Shown: piece by piece, positions 36,120-46,390 of the stretch
How the letters are laid out: every line of letters starts with the position of its first letter
Position numbering within the stretch: position 1 is the first letter of the stretch
From: Myxococcota bacterium
GTDB taxonomy: Bacteria; Myxococcota_A; SURF-8
Length of the DNA stretch: 64,000 bases
Assembly (NCBI GenBank): GCA_965140415.1
Contig: OZ223209.1
Span: 5,440,001-5,504,000 of the forward strand
Direction: 5' to 3'
Program-made: the position numbers and the translations under genes
Notes under the pieces: generated by a model
Told to the model about the DNA's origin: nothing
Database searches by the model: none
The model's input: the letters and a program-made list of their open reading frames with translations, nothing else

Positions 36120-36488
36120 CTACAACACTTCCGGGGCCAACGAGACGATTTTCATGAAACGTTGGGCTCGCAGTTCACGGGCCACCGGTCCGAAAATACG
36201 CGTTCCGATCGGTTCACGAGCCTGGTTGATCAATACCGCCGAGTTGTCGTCGAATTTGATATAGGTTCCGTTCGGGCGAGCGATTTCCTTGGCCGTGCGA
36301 ACGATGACCGCCTTGACGACCGACCCTTTTTTCACCTTGGAATTTGGGATCGCCTCTTTTACGCTGGCTACGATCACGTCGCCGACGTGCGCGTATTTAC
36401 GCTTTGAGCCGCCCAGCACCTTGATGCACATCACCCGCTTCGCACCGGAATTGTCCGCTACTTCGAGCACGCTTTGCATCTGAATCAT
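36120..36488 (-). CDS. rplN: 50S ribosomal protein L14
   Basis: [23 protein letters not shown]. Confidence 0.99.
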   Translation of the reverse strand: MIQMQSVLEVADNSGAKRVMCIKVLGGSKRKYAHVGDVIVASVKEAIPNSKVKKGSVVKAVIVRTAKEIARPNGTYIKFDDNSAVLINQAREPIGTRIFGPVARELRAQRFMKIVSLAPEVL

Positions 36489-36525
36489 GATCTTACTCCA
36501 CTTTGCAAGTGATATCTAAAAGCCG

Positions 36526-36783
36526 TTAGATGGCTTTCTTAACAATCTCTTTGACCCGCCAGCGCTTGGTTCGCGACAACGGACGACTCTCGCTAATGAT
36601 CACTTCATCGCCAATCGAGCACAGGTTCTTTTCGTCGTGAGCGCTGTACTTCTTGCTTTTGGAGATGTATTTCTTGAACAGGGGGTGCTTGAAACGGCGG
36701 TTGATTTTCACGACGACCGTTTTGTCCATCTTGTCGCTTACTACGACACCCTGCAATGTTTTCTTGTTTGCACTGTCGCTCAT
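36526..36783 (-). CDS. rpsQ: 30S ribosomal protein S17
   Basis: [20 protein letters not shown]. Confidence 0.99.
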   Translation of the reverse strand: MSDSANKKTLQGVVVSDKMDKTVVVKINRRFKHPLFKKYISKSKKYSAHDEKNLCSIGDEVIISESRPLSRTKRWRVKEIVKKAI

Positions 36784-36992
36784 GACAGACCGCCTTCCTT
36801 CTGCTCATTCTGGCGTTCGTTGAGCACCGTCTTGACACGCGCCACATCGCGTTTGAGCAGCGACATGTGCTTGACGTTCTCCAACTGGCCAGTGGCCGCC
36901 TGGAACTTGAGGTTGAACATCGTTTCTTTTAGCTCTTTGAGCGTGGCAGCCAAATCGTCATTGGATTTGCTGCGCAGATCTATCATTTTCAT
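36780..36992 (-). CDS. rpmC: 50S ribosomal protein L29
   Basis: [17 protein letters not shown]. Confidence 0.97.
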   Translation of the reverse strand: MKMIDLRSKSNDDLAATLKELKETMFNLKFQAATGQLENVKHMSLLKRDVARVKTVLNERQNEQKEGGLS

Positions 36993-37405
36993 TCTTCATC
37001 CTCCCGTATGACGAAGCGCGTCTGGATCGGCAGCTTATGCGCCGCACGACGGAAGGCCTCTTTTGCCATATCCTCGGGTACACCCATCATTTCATAAAGC
37101 ATCTGACCGGGCTTGATTACGCACACCCACTCTTCCGGACTACCCTTTCCTTTACCCATGCGGGTTTCGGCAGGTTTCTTTGTCAACGGCTTATCCGGGA
37201 ACATGCGGATCCAAATGCGTCCGCCACGGCGGATATAGCGGGTCATGGCAATACGAGCAGCCTCGATCTGACGCGAGTTGATAAACCCTCGCGTCGTAGC
37301 GCGAAGACCGAAATCGCCGAAGCTGACTTCGCTGCCGCGCTGGGCGATTCCACGATTACGCCCTTTTTGTACCTTCCGGTGTTTAACCTTTTTCGGTGCT
37401 AACAT
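36989..37405 (-). CDS. rplP: 50S ribosomal protein L16
   Basis: [16 protein letters not shown]. Confidence 0.99.
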   Translation of the reverse strand: MLAPKKVKHRKVQKGRNRGIAQRGSEVSFGDFGLRATTRGFINSRQIEAARIAMTRYIRRGGRIWIRMFPDKPLTKKPAETRMGKGKGSPEEWVCVIKPGQMLYEMMGVPEDMAKEAFRRAAHKLPIQTRFVIREDEE

Positions 37406-37455
37406 CTCAACGCCTCTTTATATTCGCCTGAGTTTCCAGTCCGTCGCCGCTCCGA

Positions 37456-38112
37456 TTAATAGAGCGCCCTGCGGATGGATTGTTTTTCCTCGAAGACCTC
37501 TCCCTTGAACACCCACACCTTCACGCCGATGACGCCGTAGGTGGTGCGTGCCTGGGTGTATCCGTAATCGATGTCGGCGCGCAGCGTGTGCAGCGGAACC
37601 CGGCCTTCGTGATAACGCTCGGTACGGGACATTTCCGCGCCGCCCAAACGACCGGCGAGGTTGACTTTGATTCCCTTGACACCGAACTTGATGGCCTGGC
37701 TGATCGATTTCTTCATCGCACGTCTGAAGGCGATACGCTTGATCAGCTGTAGCGCGATCGACTCGGCGATGAGCTGTGCATCGGTTTCGGGCTTACGAAC
37801 TTCGACGATATTCACGAAGACATTGGAGGCCGTCAGCTTGGAGATTTTCGCTTTTAGCTCGTCCACTCCGGCGCCGCCTTTACCGATTACGACACCCGGT
37901 CGAGCGGTGTGAATCGTGACCTTCAATTTGCCGGGCGCGCGCTCTAATTCGACTTTCGAAATACCAGCCGTATAGAGTTCCTTCTTGATGAAGCCGCGCA
38001 CCTTCATGTCTTCATGCAGCCATTCGGCGTAACTCTTCTGGGCAAACCACTTGCTATCCCAAGTGCGGTTTATCCCGACCCGAAGACCTATGGGGTTAAC
38101 TTTCTGACCCAA
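37456..38112 (-). CDS. rpsC: 30S ribosomal protein S3
   Basis: [20 protein letters not shown]. Confidence 0.99.
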   Translation of the reverse strand: MGQKVNPIGLRVGINRTWDSKWFAQKSYAEWLHEDMKVRGFIKKELYTAGISKVELERAPGKLKVTIHTARPGVVIGKGGAGVDELKAKISKLTASNVFVNIVEVRKPETDAQLIAESIALQLIKRIAFRRAMKKSISQAIKFGVKGIKVNLAGRLGGAEMSRTERYHEGRVPLHTLRADIDYGYTQARTTYGVIGVKVWVFKGEVFEEKQSIRRALY

Positions 38113-38133
38113 AACTCACCTCCGCTTTATTCG

Positions 38134-38466
38134 TTAAGCTTCTTCGAGCACGATGGTGACGTGGCTCGTACGCTTGTTGATCCGCGTGGCCCGACCCATC
38201 GCGCGTGGCATGAAGCGACGCAGCGTGGGCCCTTCATCCACCATGATACGCTTGACAAAAAGAGTGTCGATATCGAGATCACCTTTTTCATCCGCGCTCG
38301 CCACCGCCGACTGCAACAGCTTCGCCACCGGTTGCGCGGCTCGACGCTGGCAGAAATTCAGCGTATTGATCGCGTCTTCAACCTGCTTGCCTCGAACGAG
38401 ATCGGCAACCAGACGCACCTTTCTGGGTGCGACGCGCAAATATTTTAATTTCGCTTGGACTCCCAT
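38134..38466 (-). CDS. rplV: 50S ribosomal protein L22
   Basis: PRKVRLVADLVRG, PRAMGRA. Confidence 0.99.
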   Translation of the reverse strand: MGVQAKLKYLRVAPRKVRLVADLVRGKQVEDAINTLNFCQRRAAQPVAKLLQSAVASADEKGDLDIDTLFVKRIMVDEGPTLRRFMPRAMGRATRINKRTSHVTIVLEEA

Positions 38467-38480
38467 TTTAGGCTCCTTAA

Positions 38481-38756
38481 CTAGCGCTTCGATTTCTTGT
38501 CGCCGGCGTGACCTTTGAAGGTACGCGTGATGGCGAACTCACCGAACTTATGCCCGACCATGTTTTCGGTCACAAACACCGGGATAAATTTCTTGCCATT
38601 GTGCACGGCGAAGGTCAAGCCAATGCATTCAGGCAGGATCGTCGACCGGCGCGACCAGGTCTTGATGACTTTGCGGCTGCCGCTGTTCTGGGCGTCCAGC
38701 ACTTTTTTCACCAAATGGTCGTCTACAAAGGGTCCTTTTTTAATCGAACGAGGCAC
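38481..38756 (-). CDS. rpsS: 30S ribosomal protein S19
   Basis: [23 protein letters not shown]. Confidence 0.99.
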   Translation of the reverse strand: MPRSIKKGPFVDDHLVKKVLDAQNSGSRKVIKTWSRRSTILPECIGLTFAVHNGKKFIPVFVTENMVGHKFGEFAITRTFKGHAGDKKSKR

Positions 38757-38784
38757 GGTTTCCTCTCCTCTTCACGGCTTTCAG

Positions 38785-39618
38785 TTATTTACGCCCTTTA
38801 TGGCGACGGCGCACGATCAAGTAATCGCTGCGATGATTCTTACGAGTCTTCTTACCCTTGGTCGGCACACCCCAGGGAGTAACCGGATGACGACCACCGG
38901 AGGTACGGCCTTCACCACCACCATGCGGATGGTCAACCGGGTTCATGACGACACCACGTACACTCGGGCGACGTCCCAGCCAGCGTTTACGACCGGCCTT
39001 ACCGAGTTTCACGTTTTCCTGCTCCTGGTTACCGACCGTACCGATGGTAGCGCGGCACTCCATGAGCACTTTGCGAACTTCACCGGAAGGCAGACGCAAC
39101 TGAGCGTAACGGCCTTCTTTGGCGAGCAGCTGCGCACCGGTTCCACCAGCGCGGCAGATCTGGCCGCCCTTGCCGATCTTCAGTTCGATGTTGTGCAACA
39201 CCGTACCAAGAGGAATGTCCTTGATCGCCAAGCAGTTGCCGGGCAGGATATCCGCTTCGGGACCGGAAACGACAGTATCGCCGACTTTCAAGCCATTGGG
39301 CGCGATGATGTAACGTTTTTCACCATCGAGGTAATGCAGCAAGGCAATACGGGAAGTGCGGTTCGGATCGTATTCGATCGTCGCAACGCGCGCCGGCACA
39401 CCGTATTTATCGCGCTTGAAATCGATTACGCGGTAATGACGACGATGCCCACCACCACGGTGACGCACGGTAATGCGTCCGTAGTTGTTGCGTCCGCCCG
39501 ATTTGGACAAACGACGCAGCAGCGGTTTGTACGGCTTGTCTGTAGTGATCTCCTTGAAATCGGAGACGGTCATTCCGCGCCGACCCGGAGATGTTGGTTT
39601 ATATTTTTTATTGGCCAT
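38785..39618 (-). CDS. rplB: 50S ribosomal protein L2
   Basis: [19 protein letters not shown]. Confidence 0.99.
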   Translation of the reverse strand: MANKKYKPTSPGRRGMTVSDFKEITTDKPYKPLLRRLSKSGGRNNYGRITVRHRGGGHRRHYRVIDFKRDKYGVPARVATIEYDPNRTSRIALLHYLDGEKRYIIAPNGLKVGDTVVSGPEADILPGNCLAIKDIPLGTVLHNIELKIGKGGQICRAGGTGAQLLAKEGRYAQLRLPSGEVRKVLMECRATIGTVGNQEQENVKLGKAGRKRWLGRRPSVRGVVMNPVDHPHGGGEGRTSGGRHPVTPWGVPTKGKKTRKNHRSDYLIVRRRHKGRK

Positions 39619-39649
39619 CGATCCACTCCTTTAGTTCGACCGGCAGCGC

Positions 39650-39943
39650 CTAAACGCCTTCATACATTTCGATGGTGTCACCTTCGCGCAGCGAAATGAT
39701 CGCTTTCTTCCAACCCGTCGAGCGGCCCGTAAACCGACCGAGACGCTTCCACTTGCCGGGAAGCAGGATGGTGCGCACGTTGGTCACTTTGACATCAAAC
39801 AGTTTTTGAATGGCGTGCTTGATCTCTACCTTGTTGGCGTCCTTTCTCACTTCGAAGAAGTACTGGTTCGCCTCCTCCTGGATGCGAGTTCCCTTTTCCG
39901 TGAGCAGTGGCCGCACGATGATGTCTTGCGGATCTTTTTTCAT
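39650..39943 (-). CDS. rplW: 50S ribosomal protein L23
   Basis: PLLTEK, ANKVEIK, WKKAI. Confidence 0.98.
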   Translation of the reverse strand: MKKDPQDIIVRPLLTEKGTRIQEEANQYFFEVRKDANKVEIKHAIQKLFDVKVTNVRTILLPGKWKRLGRFTGRSTGWKKAIISLREGDTIEMYEGV

Positions 39944-40563
39944 GACTTCAACGCTCCTTCCACCGTCTCGATCGCCGACTTGGTCATGACCAGGGTGTCA
40001 TGGTTTAGAATGTCGTATACGTTCAATCCCGCCGTAGGCAGCACGTTGACACCATGAATGTTACGCGCCGACAAGGTCAGGTTGGTGTTGCCATCGTCTA
40101 CGATCAAGGCTTTTCCGTTGGCACCCAGTCGATTGAGGGTAGCTACGAGATTTTTCGTCTTGATCTCGGACAATTCGAAGTTGTCAACCACGACCAGCTT
40201 GGCTTCGCCATTACGCAGACTCAACGCGGAGCGCAGCGCGCCCTTGCGAACCTTCCGCGGCACGCGGTAGGCATAACTGCGAGGATGCGGACCGAAAACC
40301 GTTCCACCGCCACGCAACGTAGGCGATTTACGGCTACCCTTACGAGCCCGGCCAGTTCCCTTCTGACGGAACATCTTTGCCGTAGTACCGGCAATCAAAC
40401 CGCGAGTCTTGGTGCTGTGGGTTCCCGCACGGCGGTTCGCCAGTTGCATCTTGACCACTTCGTAAAAGAGGTTCTGGTTGACTTCGGCGGCGAACACACT
40501 GTCGTCCACCTCAATCTGCCCTACCTCGTTGTAATTAAGGTCGTAAACCTTCAGGACCGCCAT
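39940..40563 (-). CDS. rplD: 50S ribosomal protein L4
   Basis: RQKGTGRAR, GGGTVFGP. Confidence 0.99.
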   Translation of the reverse strand: MAVLKVYDLNYNEVGQIEVDDSVFAAEVNQNLFYEVVKMQLANRRAGTHSTKTRGLIAGTTAKMFRQKGTGRARKGSRKSPTLRGGGTVFGPHPRSYAYRVPRKVRKGALRSALSLRNGEAKLVVVDNFELSEIKTKNLVATLNRLGANGKALIVDDGNTNLTLSARNIHGVNVLPTAGLNVYDILNHDTLVMTKSAIETVEGALKS

Positions 40564-40589
40564 GATCCACTCCTTCGCACGATCGGCTG

Positions 40590-41273
40590 CTAGCCTTCTT
40601 GCTTTTGAATGTACACAATACCATTGCTGGCGCCGGGAATGGAGCCGCGCAGGAACATCAGGTTGTTCTCTTCGTCTACCGAAAACAAGAAGATGTTCTT
40701 GATCGTGACTTTTGCATTGCCGAGCTGACCCGGCATTTTCTTATTCTTCAGTACTCGGGCCGGCCAGGCGCACATACCGATCGAGCCGGGGATACGGTGG
40801 CTGCGGCTACCGTGAGTCTTGCGACCGCCATGGAATCCGTGACGCTTAACGACGCCCTGGAAACCGCGACCTTTGGAAGTGCCCGTCACCTTTAAGATGT
40901 CGCCGTGACCGAAGTCCGCCATGGAGATTTCCTGGCCCACTTCAAAATCATCGATACGATCGGTGCGGAATTCCTTTAAATAACGGAAGGCACCCTTTCC
41001 GGCTTTTTCGAAGTGACCGACCATCGGCTTCGGTACGCTGTTTTTCTTGCGCGTACCCTTCATTTTGCCCTGCTTTTCCTGCACTGTGGATTTCCACTGG
41101 ATCGCCTTGGAGCTGAATCCGAGTTGCAGTGCATTGTAGCCGTCTTTTTCCATGGTCTTCTTCTGAAGCACCACGCAGGGGCCGGCTTCCACTACTGTCA
41201 GCGCATGACGGGTTCCGTCTTCCGTGAAGACTTGCGTCATACCGACTTTCTTTCCAATTATTCCGAAAGACAT
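40590..41273 (-). CDS. rplC: 50S ribosomal protein L3
   Basis: KKVGMTQVF, SKGRGFQG, HRIPGSIG. Confidence 0.99.
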   Translation of the reverse strand: MSFGIIGKKVGMTQVFTEDGTRHALTVVEAGPCVVLQKKTMEKDGYNALQLGFSSKAIQWKSTVQEKQGKMKGTRKKNSVPKPMVGHFEKAGKGAFRYLKEFRTDRIDDFEVGQEISMADFGHGDILKVTGTSKGRGFQGVVKRHGFHGGRKTHGSRSHRIPGSIGMCAWPARVLKNKKMPGQLGNAKVTIKNIFLFSVDEENNLMFLRGSIPGASNGIVYIQKQEG

Positions 41274-41355
41274 AGCATCCTCACACTCGCGCCATCAACT
41301 TCGGCGCCAGAGGTTCTTCTTCAACACATCCAGTTGCAACTACCGCTACCGAATG

Positions 41356-41664
41356 TCAGGTCTTGATTTCTACATCCACGCCAGCCGACAGATCCAATTT
41401 CATCAGTTCATCCAGAGTCTGCTGATTCGGCTCCAGAATATCGACCAACCGGTTATGGGTGCGAATCTCGAACTGTTCCCGCGACTTCTTGTTGACGTGC
41501 GGCGAACGCAAGACCGTGTACCTGTTGATAACCGTCGGCAGGGGAATGGGGCCTGCCACCCTGGCGCCAGTGCGGCGCACGGTTTCTACGATCTCTACCG
41601 TGGATTGATCCAACAGTTTGTAATCGTAGGCTTTAAGCCGTATGCGGATCTTCTGCTGAGCCAC
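41356..41664 (-). CDS. rpsJ: 30S ribosomal protein S10
   Basis: [26 protein letters not shown]. Confidence 0.99.
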   Translation of the reverse strand: MAQQKIRIRLKAYDYKLLDQSTVEIVETVRRTGARVAGPIPLPTVINRYTVLRSPHVNKKSREQFEIRTHNRLVDILEPNQQTLDELMKLDLSAGVDVEIKT

Positions 41665-41681
41665 TTGGTACCCCTTTCGGC

Positions 41682-42872
41682 CTACTCAATAACTTCGGCG
41701 ACGACGCCAGCGCCAACGGTACGACCGCCTTCGCGGATCGCAAAGCGCAGCTCTTTTTCCATCGCCACAGGCGTAATCAGTTCCACTTCCATCGAAATAT
41801 TGTCACCAGGCATCACCATCTCGACGCCTTCAGGCAACGTCACCGCTCCAGTCACATCCGTCGTACGGAAATAGAACTGAGGACGATAACCCTTGAAGAA
41901 CGGAGTATGACGTCCGCCTTCTTCCTTATTCAGAACGTACACTTCCGCTTTGAATTTCGTATGCGGTTTGATCGAACCCGGCGCCGCCAGAACCTGGCCA
42001 CGCTCGATTTCGTCTTTCTTCACACCACGCAGCAAGCAGCCAACGTTGTCGCCCGCACGACCTTCATCCAGAATCTTGCGGAACATTTCAACGCCCGTAA
42101 CAACCGTCTTGCGGGTTTCTTTGAAGCCCACAATCTCGATCTCGTTGCCCGTATTCACGATGCCGCGTTCCACACGACCCGTCGCAACCGTTCCACGACC
42201 GGAAATCGAGAACACATCCTCGACCGGCATCAGGAAGGGCTTGTCCGTTACGCGCTCGGGCTGCGGAATGTAGCTGTCCACTTCTTCCATCAGCTTCAAT
42301 ACCGACTGCTCGCCCTGCTCGTCTTCGTCGCCGTTCAAGGCTTTCAGCGCGCTACCAGGAATGATCGGAATGTCGTCGCCCGGGAATTCGTAGCTGCTCA
42401 GCAGCTCACGCAGTTCCAGCTCGACCAGTTCCAGCAGTTCCGGATCGTCCAGCATATCCACCTTATTTAAGAACACCACCATCGCGGGGACACCAACCTG
42501 ACGAGCCAGCAGCACGTGCTCGCGAGTCTGCGGCATCGGACCGTCGTTGGCCGCCACGACCAGGATCGCGCCGTCCATCTGCGCCGCACCCGTGATCATG
42601 TTCTTGATATAGTCAGCATGGCCCGGGCAGTCCACGTGCGCGTAGTGACGATTCGCGGTTTCGTATTCGATATGCGCCGTCGCGATCGTAATGCCACGTT
42701 CTTTTTCTTCCGGGGCCTTGTCGATCTCGTCAAACGCCGTGAATTCCGCTCCGCCGGCCTTGGCCAAAACCTTGGTGATCGCCGCGGTCAGCGTCGTTTT
42801 ACCATGATCGATGTGACCGATCGTCCCAACATTGCAGTGGGGCTTGTTACGCTCAAACTTTGCTTTTGCCAT
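41682..42872 (-). CDS. tuf: Elongation factor Tu (str-operon copy)
   Basis: [23 protein letters not shown]. Confidence 0.99.
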   Translation of the reverse strand: MAKAKFERNKPHCNVGTIGHIDHGKTTLTAAITKVLAKAGGAEFTAFDEIDKAPEEKERGITIATAHIEYETANRHYAHVDCPGHADYIKNMITGAAQMDGAILVVAANDGPMPQTREHVLLARQVGVPAMVVFLNKVDMLDDPELLELVELELRELLSSYEFPGDDIPIIPGSALKALNGDEDEQGEQSVLKLMEEVDSYIPQPERVTDKPFLMPVEDVFSISGRGTVATGRVERGIVNTGNEIEIVGFKETRKTVVTGVEMFRKILDEGRAGDNVGCLLRGVKKDEIERGQVLAAPGSIKPHTKFKAEVYVLNKEEGGRHTPFFKGYRPQFYFRTTDVTGAVTLPEGVEMVMPGDNISMEVELITPVAMEKELRFAIREGGRTVGAGVVAEVIE

Positions 42873-42973
42873 GCCTGCCTCCTTGTCGTTCTCCCATCTG
42901 ACCCTTTTGGTAGTGGAAGAAAGCGTTTACAGTCTTTGCTCTATTCTGTCTCTTTCAAATCACGAATGATTCG

Positions 42974-45070
42974 CTAATAGTATCCAAACGTCCGGTTCGT
43001 CATTTCCTGTTGCAATTTGCTTGGAACCGGAGAATATCTCTTGAATTCCATCGAGTAGGTCGCTCGTCCCTGCGACTGACTTCTTAAATCCGTCGCGTAT
43101 CCGAACATGCTGCGCAAAGGAACCAGACCCTCAACCACCTGCAATCCGGGTCGCATCGACGTTCCGGCAATTTCTCCATTTCTGGAGTTCAGATCCGAGA
43201 TCACATCGCCAACGAACTCATCCGGTGTGACGATCTCGATGGACATCACCGGCTCCATCAAAATTGGTGCCGCCTTGTCCAACGCTTCCCGAACCGCAAA
43301 GTTTGCCGCTGCCTGGAAAGCCAGTTCCGTCGATTCCTCATCGCGCGTTATCGCTTCTTCCAGAACCACGTGAACGTCTACCACCTGATATCCAAGGATC
43401 GGACCGGAATTCATTACATCCCTTGCTCCGCGTCTAACCGCTTCCAGAAATTCCTTGCTGAAACTTCTGCTTGTCGGAACCACGCTGTCGAATGTAAATC
43501 CGCTTCCCGATTCGCCCGGCTCGACCCGAAGCACCACCTTGGCATACTGACTTTTGCCGGCCATCTGCTTATCGTAGATATGCTCGACTGTCGCCGTTTG
43601 GGTGACGGTCTCTCGATACGCCACCTGTGGTCGCCCGATATTCGCCTCCACCTTGAATTCGCGTCGCAAACGATCCACGATAATATCCAGGTGAAGTTCT
43701 CCCATACCTTTAATAATGGTCTGACCGGTTTCCTGATCCTCTTCAACCTGGAAGGTCGGGTCTTCCAACGCCAACCGTCCCATCGCCTGAGTTAACTTGA
43801 CCTCATCCTCGGTGGATTTCGGCTCGATGGCGATGGAGATCACAGGCTGCGGAAACTCAATGGATTCCAGCAGAATTGCAGCGTTTTTCTGGCAGAGCGT
43901 ATCGCCTGTGGCCGTACTTTTCAGTCCAACCGCCGCCACGATATCACCCGCATTGATAGCTGCAATTTCTTCGCGTTTATTGGCATGCATTTTAAGCAGC
44001 TTGGTCACCCGCTCCTTTTTATCGGTACGGGGATTGTAGACCATGGCTCCACTTTCCAGTTTCCCGGAATACACTCGCAAAAACGTAAGGTGCCCAACAA
44101 AAGGATCCGTCCACAACTTGAAGGCCAACGCGGCAAACGGCTCGTTTACATCGGCTTTGCGCTCAAGAACCTTATCGGTTCGAACGGGATCGACACCCTT
44201 GACCGGCGGAATATCCAACGGAGAAGGCAGGTAATCCACAACGGCTCGCAAAAGCGGTTGAACGCCTTTGTTTCTAAACGCCGAACCACAAAATATCGGA
44301 GAGATCTTGCTATCGATGGTCGCCTGCCGAATTGCCTGTCGAATCTCCTGCTCGCTCAGCTCCTGACCATCCAGGTAGCGTTCCAACAGGTCTTCGTCCT
44401 GCTCGGCAGCCGTCTCAACCAATTGCATGCGATACATCTCGGCATCTTCCATAAGTTCCTCGGGAATGTCACTTTCGACTTCCTCGGAACCCAGTTTTTC
44501 CTGCGGATAGAAGTAAGCTTTCATGCTTACCAGATCCACGACGCCTTGAAACTCGCTCTCCAGCCCGATCGGGATCTGCATCACAACCGGATTGGCATGC
44601 AACCGGGATTTCATCATCTCCACGGCTCGAAAGAAATCTGCGCCTACTCGATCTAATTTGTTAATGAACGCGATGCGCGGCACTTTATATCGATCAGCTT
44701 GCCGCCATACTGTTTCGGACTGCGGTTCCACACCCCCAACGCCGCAAAATACAACCACGGCACCGTCTAAAACCCGCAAACTCCGCTCAACTTCAACGGT
44801 GAAGTCCACATGACCCGGCGTATCGATGATGTTAATTCGATGGTCTTGCCAGTAGCAGGTCGTGGCCGCGCTGGTAATCGTAATTCCGCGCTCCTGTTCC
44901 TGCTCCATCCAGTCCATAACGGCATTGCCGTCGTGAACTTCTCCCATACGATGAGAGACGCCGGTGTAATAAAGAATCCGCTCGGTCGTGGTGGTCTTGC
45001 CTGCATCAATATGCGCGGCGATACCGATATTACGTATCAGCCTTAAATCAGCTTTGTCAGCCACAACCAA
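42974..45070 (-). CDS. fusA: Elongation factor G, diverged domain IV
   Basis: [30 protein letters not shown]; lies between rpsG and tuf; start uncertain. Confidence 0.95.
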   Translation of the reverse strand: MVVADKADLRLIRNIGIAAHIDAGKTTTTERILYYTGVSHRMGEVHDGNAVMDWMEQEQERGITITSAATTCYWQDHRINIIDTPGHVDFTVEVERSLRVLDGAVVVFCGVGGVEPQSETVWRQADRYKVPRIAFINKLDRVGADFFRAVEMMKSRLHANPVVMQIPIGLESEFQGVVDLVSMKAYFYPQEKLGSEEVESDIPEELMEDAEMYRMQLVETAAEQDEDLLERYLDGQELSEQEIRQAIRQATIDSKISPIFCGSAFRNKGVQPLLRAVVDYLPSPLDIPPVKGVDPVRTDKVLERKADVNEPFAALAFKLWTDPFVGHLTFLRVYSGKLESGAMVYNPRTDKKERVTKLLKMHANKREEIAAINAGDIVAAVGLKSTATGDTLCQKNAAILLESIEFPQPVISIAIEPKSTEDEVKLTQAMGRLALEDPTFQVEEDQETGQTIIKGMGELHLDIIVDRLRREFKVEANIGRPQVAYRETVTQTATVEHIYDKQMAGKSQYAKVVLRVEPGESGSGFTFDSVVPTSRSFSKEFLEAVRRGARDVMNSGPILGYQVVDVHVVLEEAITRDEESTELAFQAAANFAVREALDKAAPILMEPVMSIEIVTPDEFVGDVISDLNSRNGEIAGTSMRPGLQVVEGLVPLRSMFGYATDLRSQSQGRATYSMEFKRYSPVPSKLQQEMTNRTFGYY

Positions 45071-45157
45071 TCCTCGTTGCGATTCCTACACCAAGTGGAC
45101 AACATCTATTCAACTGTCAAACAGTCCAAATGACTGTCGCAAAAACAACTAAAACTC

Positions 45158-45628
45158 TTACCAGCGATAATGCGCAAACGCCTTGTTGGCTTCCGCCATA
45201 CGGTGCACATCTTCCCGCTTCTTGAAGGAAGCGCCGCGACCGTTGTAAGCATCGAGCAGTTCATTTGCAAGACGCTCTTTCATGGTGTTCTCGCTGCGGC
45301 CCTTCGCATAACCGACCAGCCAACGCAGAGCCAGCGAAAGCTGACGATGCGGAGCCACTTCGGTCGGAACCTGGTATGTCGCACCACCGACGCGGCGAGA
45401 CTTGACCTCGACCAACGGCTTGATGCCATCAACGGCTTTGCGCAGCACCTTGACCGGATCCTCTTTGGAACGCTCCTGAATGATATCCATCGCATCATAA
45501 AGAATGGATTCCGCTGTGCTCTTCTTCCCACCCATCATGAGGCTATTGATGAACCTCGCCACGAGAGTATCGTGAAACTTGGGATCGGGAATGATTTTTC
45601 GTTTTGCTACCGGGCCTTTTCTAGGCAT
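45158..45628 (-). CDS. rpsG: 30S ribosomal protein S7
   Basis: [24 protein letters not shown]. Confidence 0.99.
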   Translation of the reverse strand: MPRKGPVAKRKIIPDPKFHDTLVARFINSLMMGGKKSTAESILYDAMDIIQERSKEDPVKVLRKAVDGIKPLVEVKSRRVGGATYQVPTEVAPHRQLSLALRWLVGYAKGRSENTMKERLANELLDAYNGRGASFKKREDVHRMAEANKAFAHYRW

Positions 45629-45666
45629 ATCAACCTCTTATGCAAACGTTCTGGAAACCACACTCG

Positions 45667-46038
45667 CTACTTGGGTCGCTTCGCACCATACTTACTGCGA
45701 CCTTTGCGACGCGCAGAAACACCGACCGTATCCAGCGTACCGCGAATGACGTGATAACGAACACCGGGCAAATCCTTAACACGGCCACCGCGAATCAACA
45801 CAACACTATGTTCCTGCAAGTTATGACCTTCGCCAGGAATATAGGTGGTGACTTCGTAACCGGAAGTCAAACGGACACGGGCGACTTTGCGAAGCGCCGA
45901 GTTGGGCTTCTTGGGAGTGACCGTATACACACGCGTGCAAACACCGCGACGCTGCGGGCAACTCTTGAGAGCGGGAGAAGTGGTCTTCTTTTTAATCTTC
46001 TTCCGTCCTTTTCGAATTAACTGATTGATCGTTGGCAT
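45667..46038 (-). CDS. rpsL: 30S ribosomal protein S12
   Basis: [18 protein letters not shown]. Confidence 0.99.
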   Translation of the reverse strand: MPTINQLIRKGRKKIKKKTTSPALKSCPQRRGVCTRVYTVTPKKPNSALRKVARVRLTSGYEVTTYIPGEGHNLQEHSVVLIRGGRVKDLPGVRYHVIRGTLDTVGVSARRKGRSKYGAKRPK

Positions 46039-46128
46039 TCAAACCCTCTTTTCACGGTCCCTGAAATCCACAATTCATTAATATTGCTCGTACTTTACAG
46101 CACTCACTCCACTTCGCAGAGCCTTCGC

Positions 46129-46156
46129 ATTATATGGACGAGGCCGTAAGTGTCAA
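46129..46156 (-). promoter_or_regulatory. Sigma70 promoter of the str operon
   Basis: Consensus TTGACA-N16-TATAAT with an upstream A-tract. Confidence 0.85.
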
Positions 46157-46390
46157 GCAATTAATCAGTTTTTTTTCAAATCTTTGAATGGGGCACAGAA
46201 GAAGGGTAGATCTGAACCGGTTTGGAGCAGATCATATGAGAGGTAGGCGTCCCTAAATAGCTCACCGCTGGAACGAACTAAATCTCATTACCCACTTATA
46301 CCATTCAAAGACGGTACAGTATGGGCAACCAGTATCGCGCTTACTTATACTATAAGAAAAGTGCGATCCGGGCGCCGCGTTACAGCGGCT

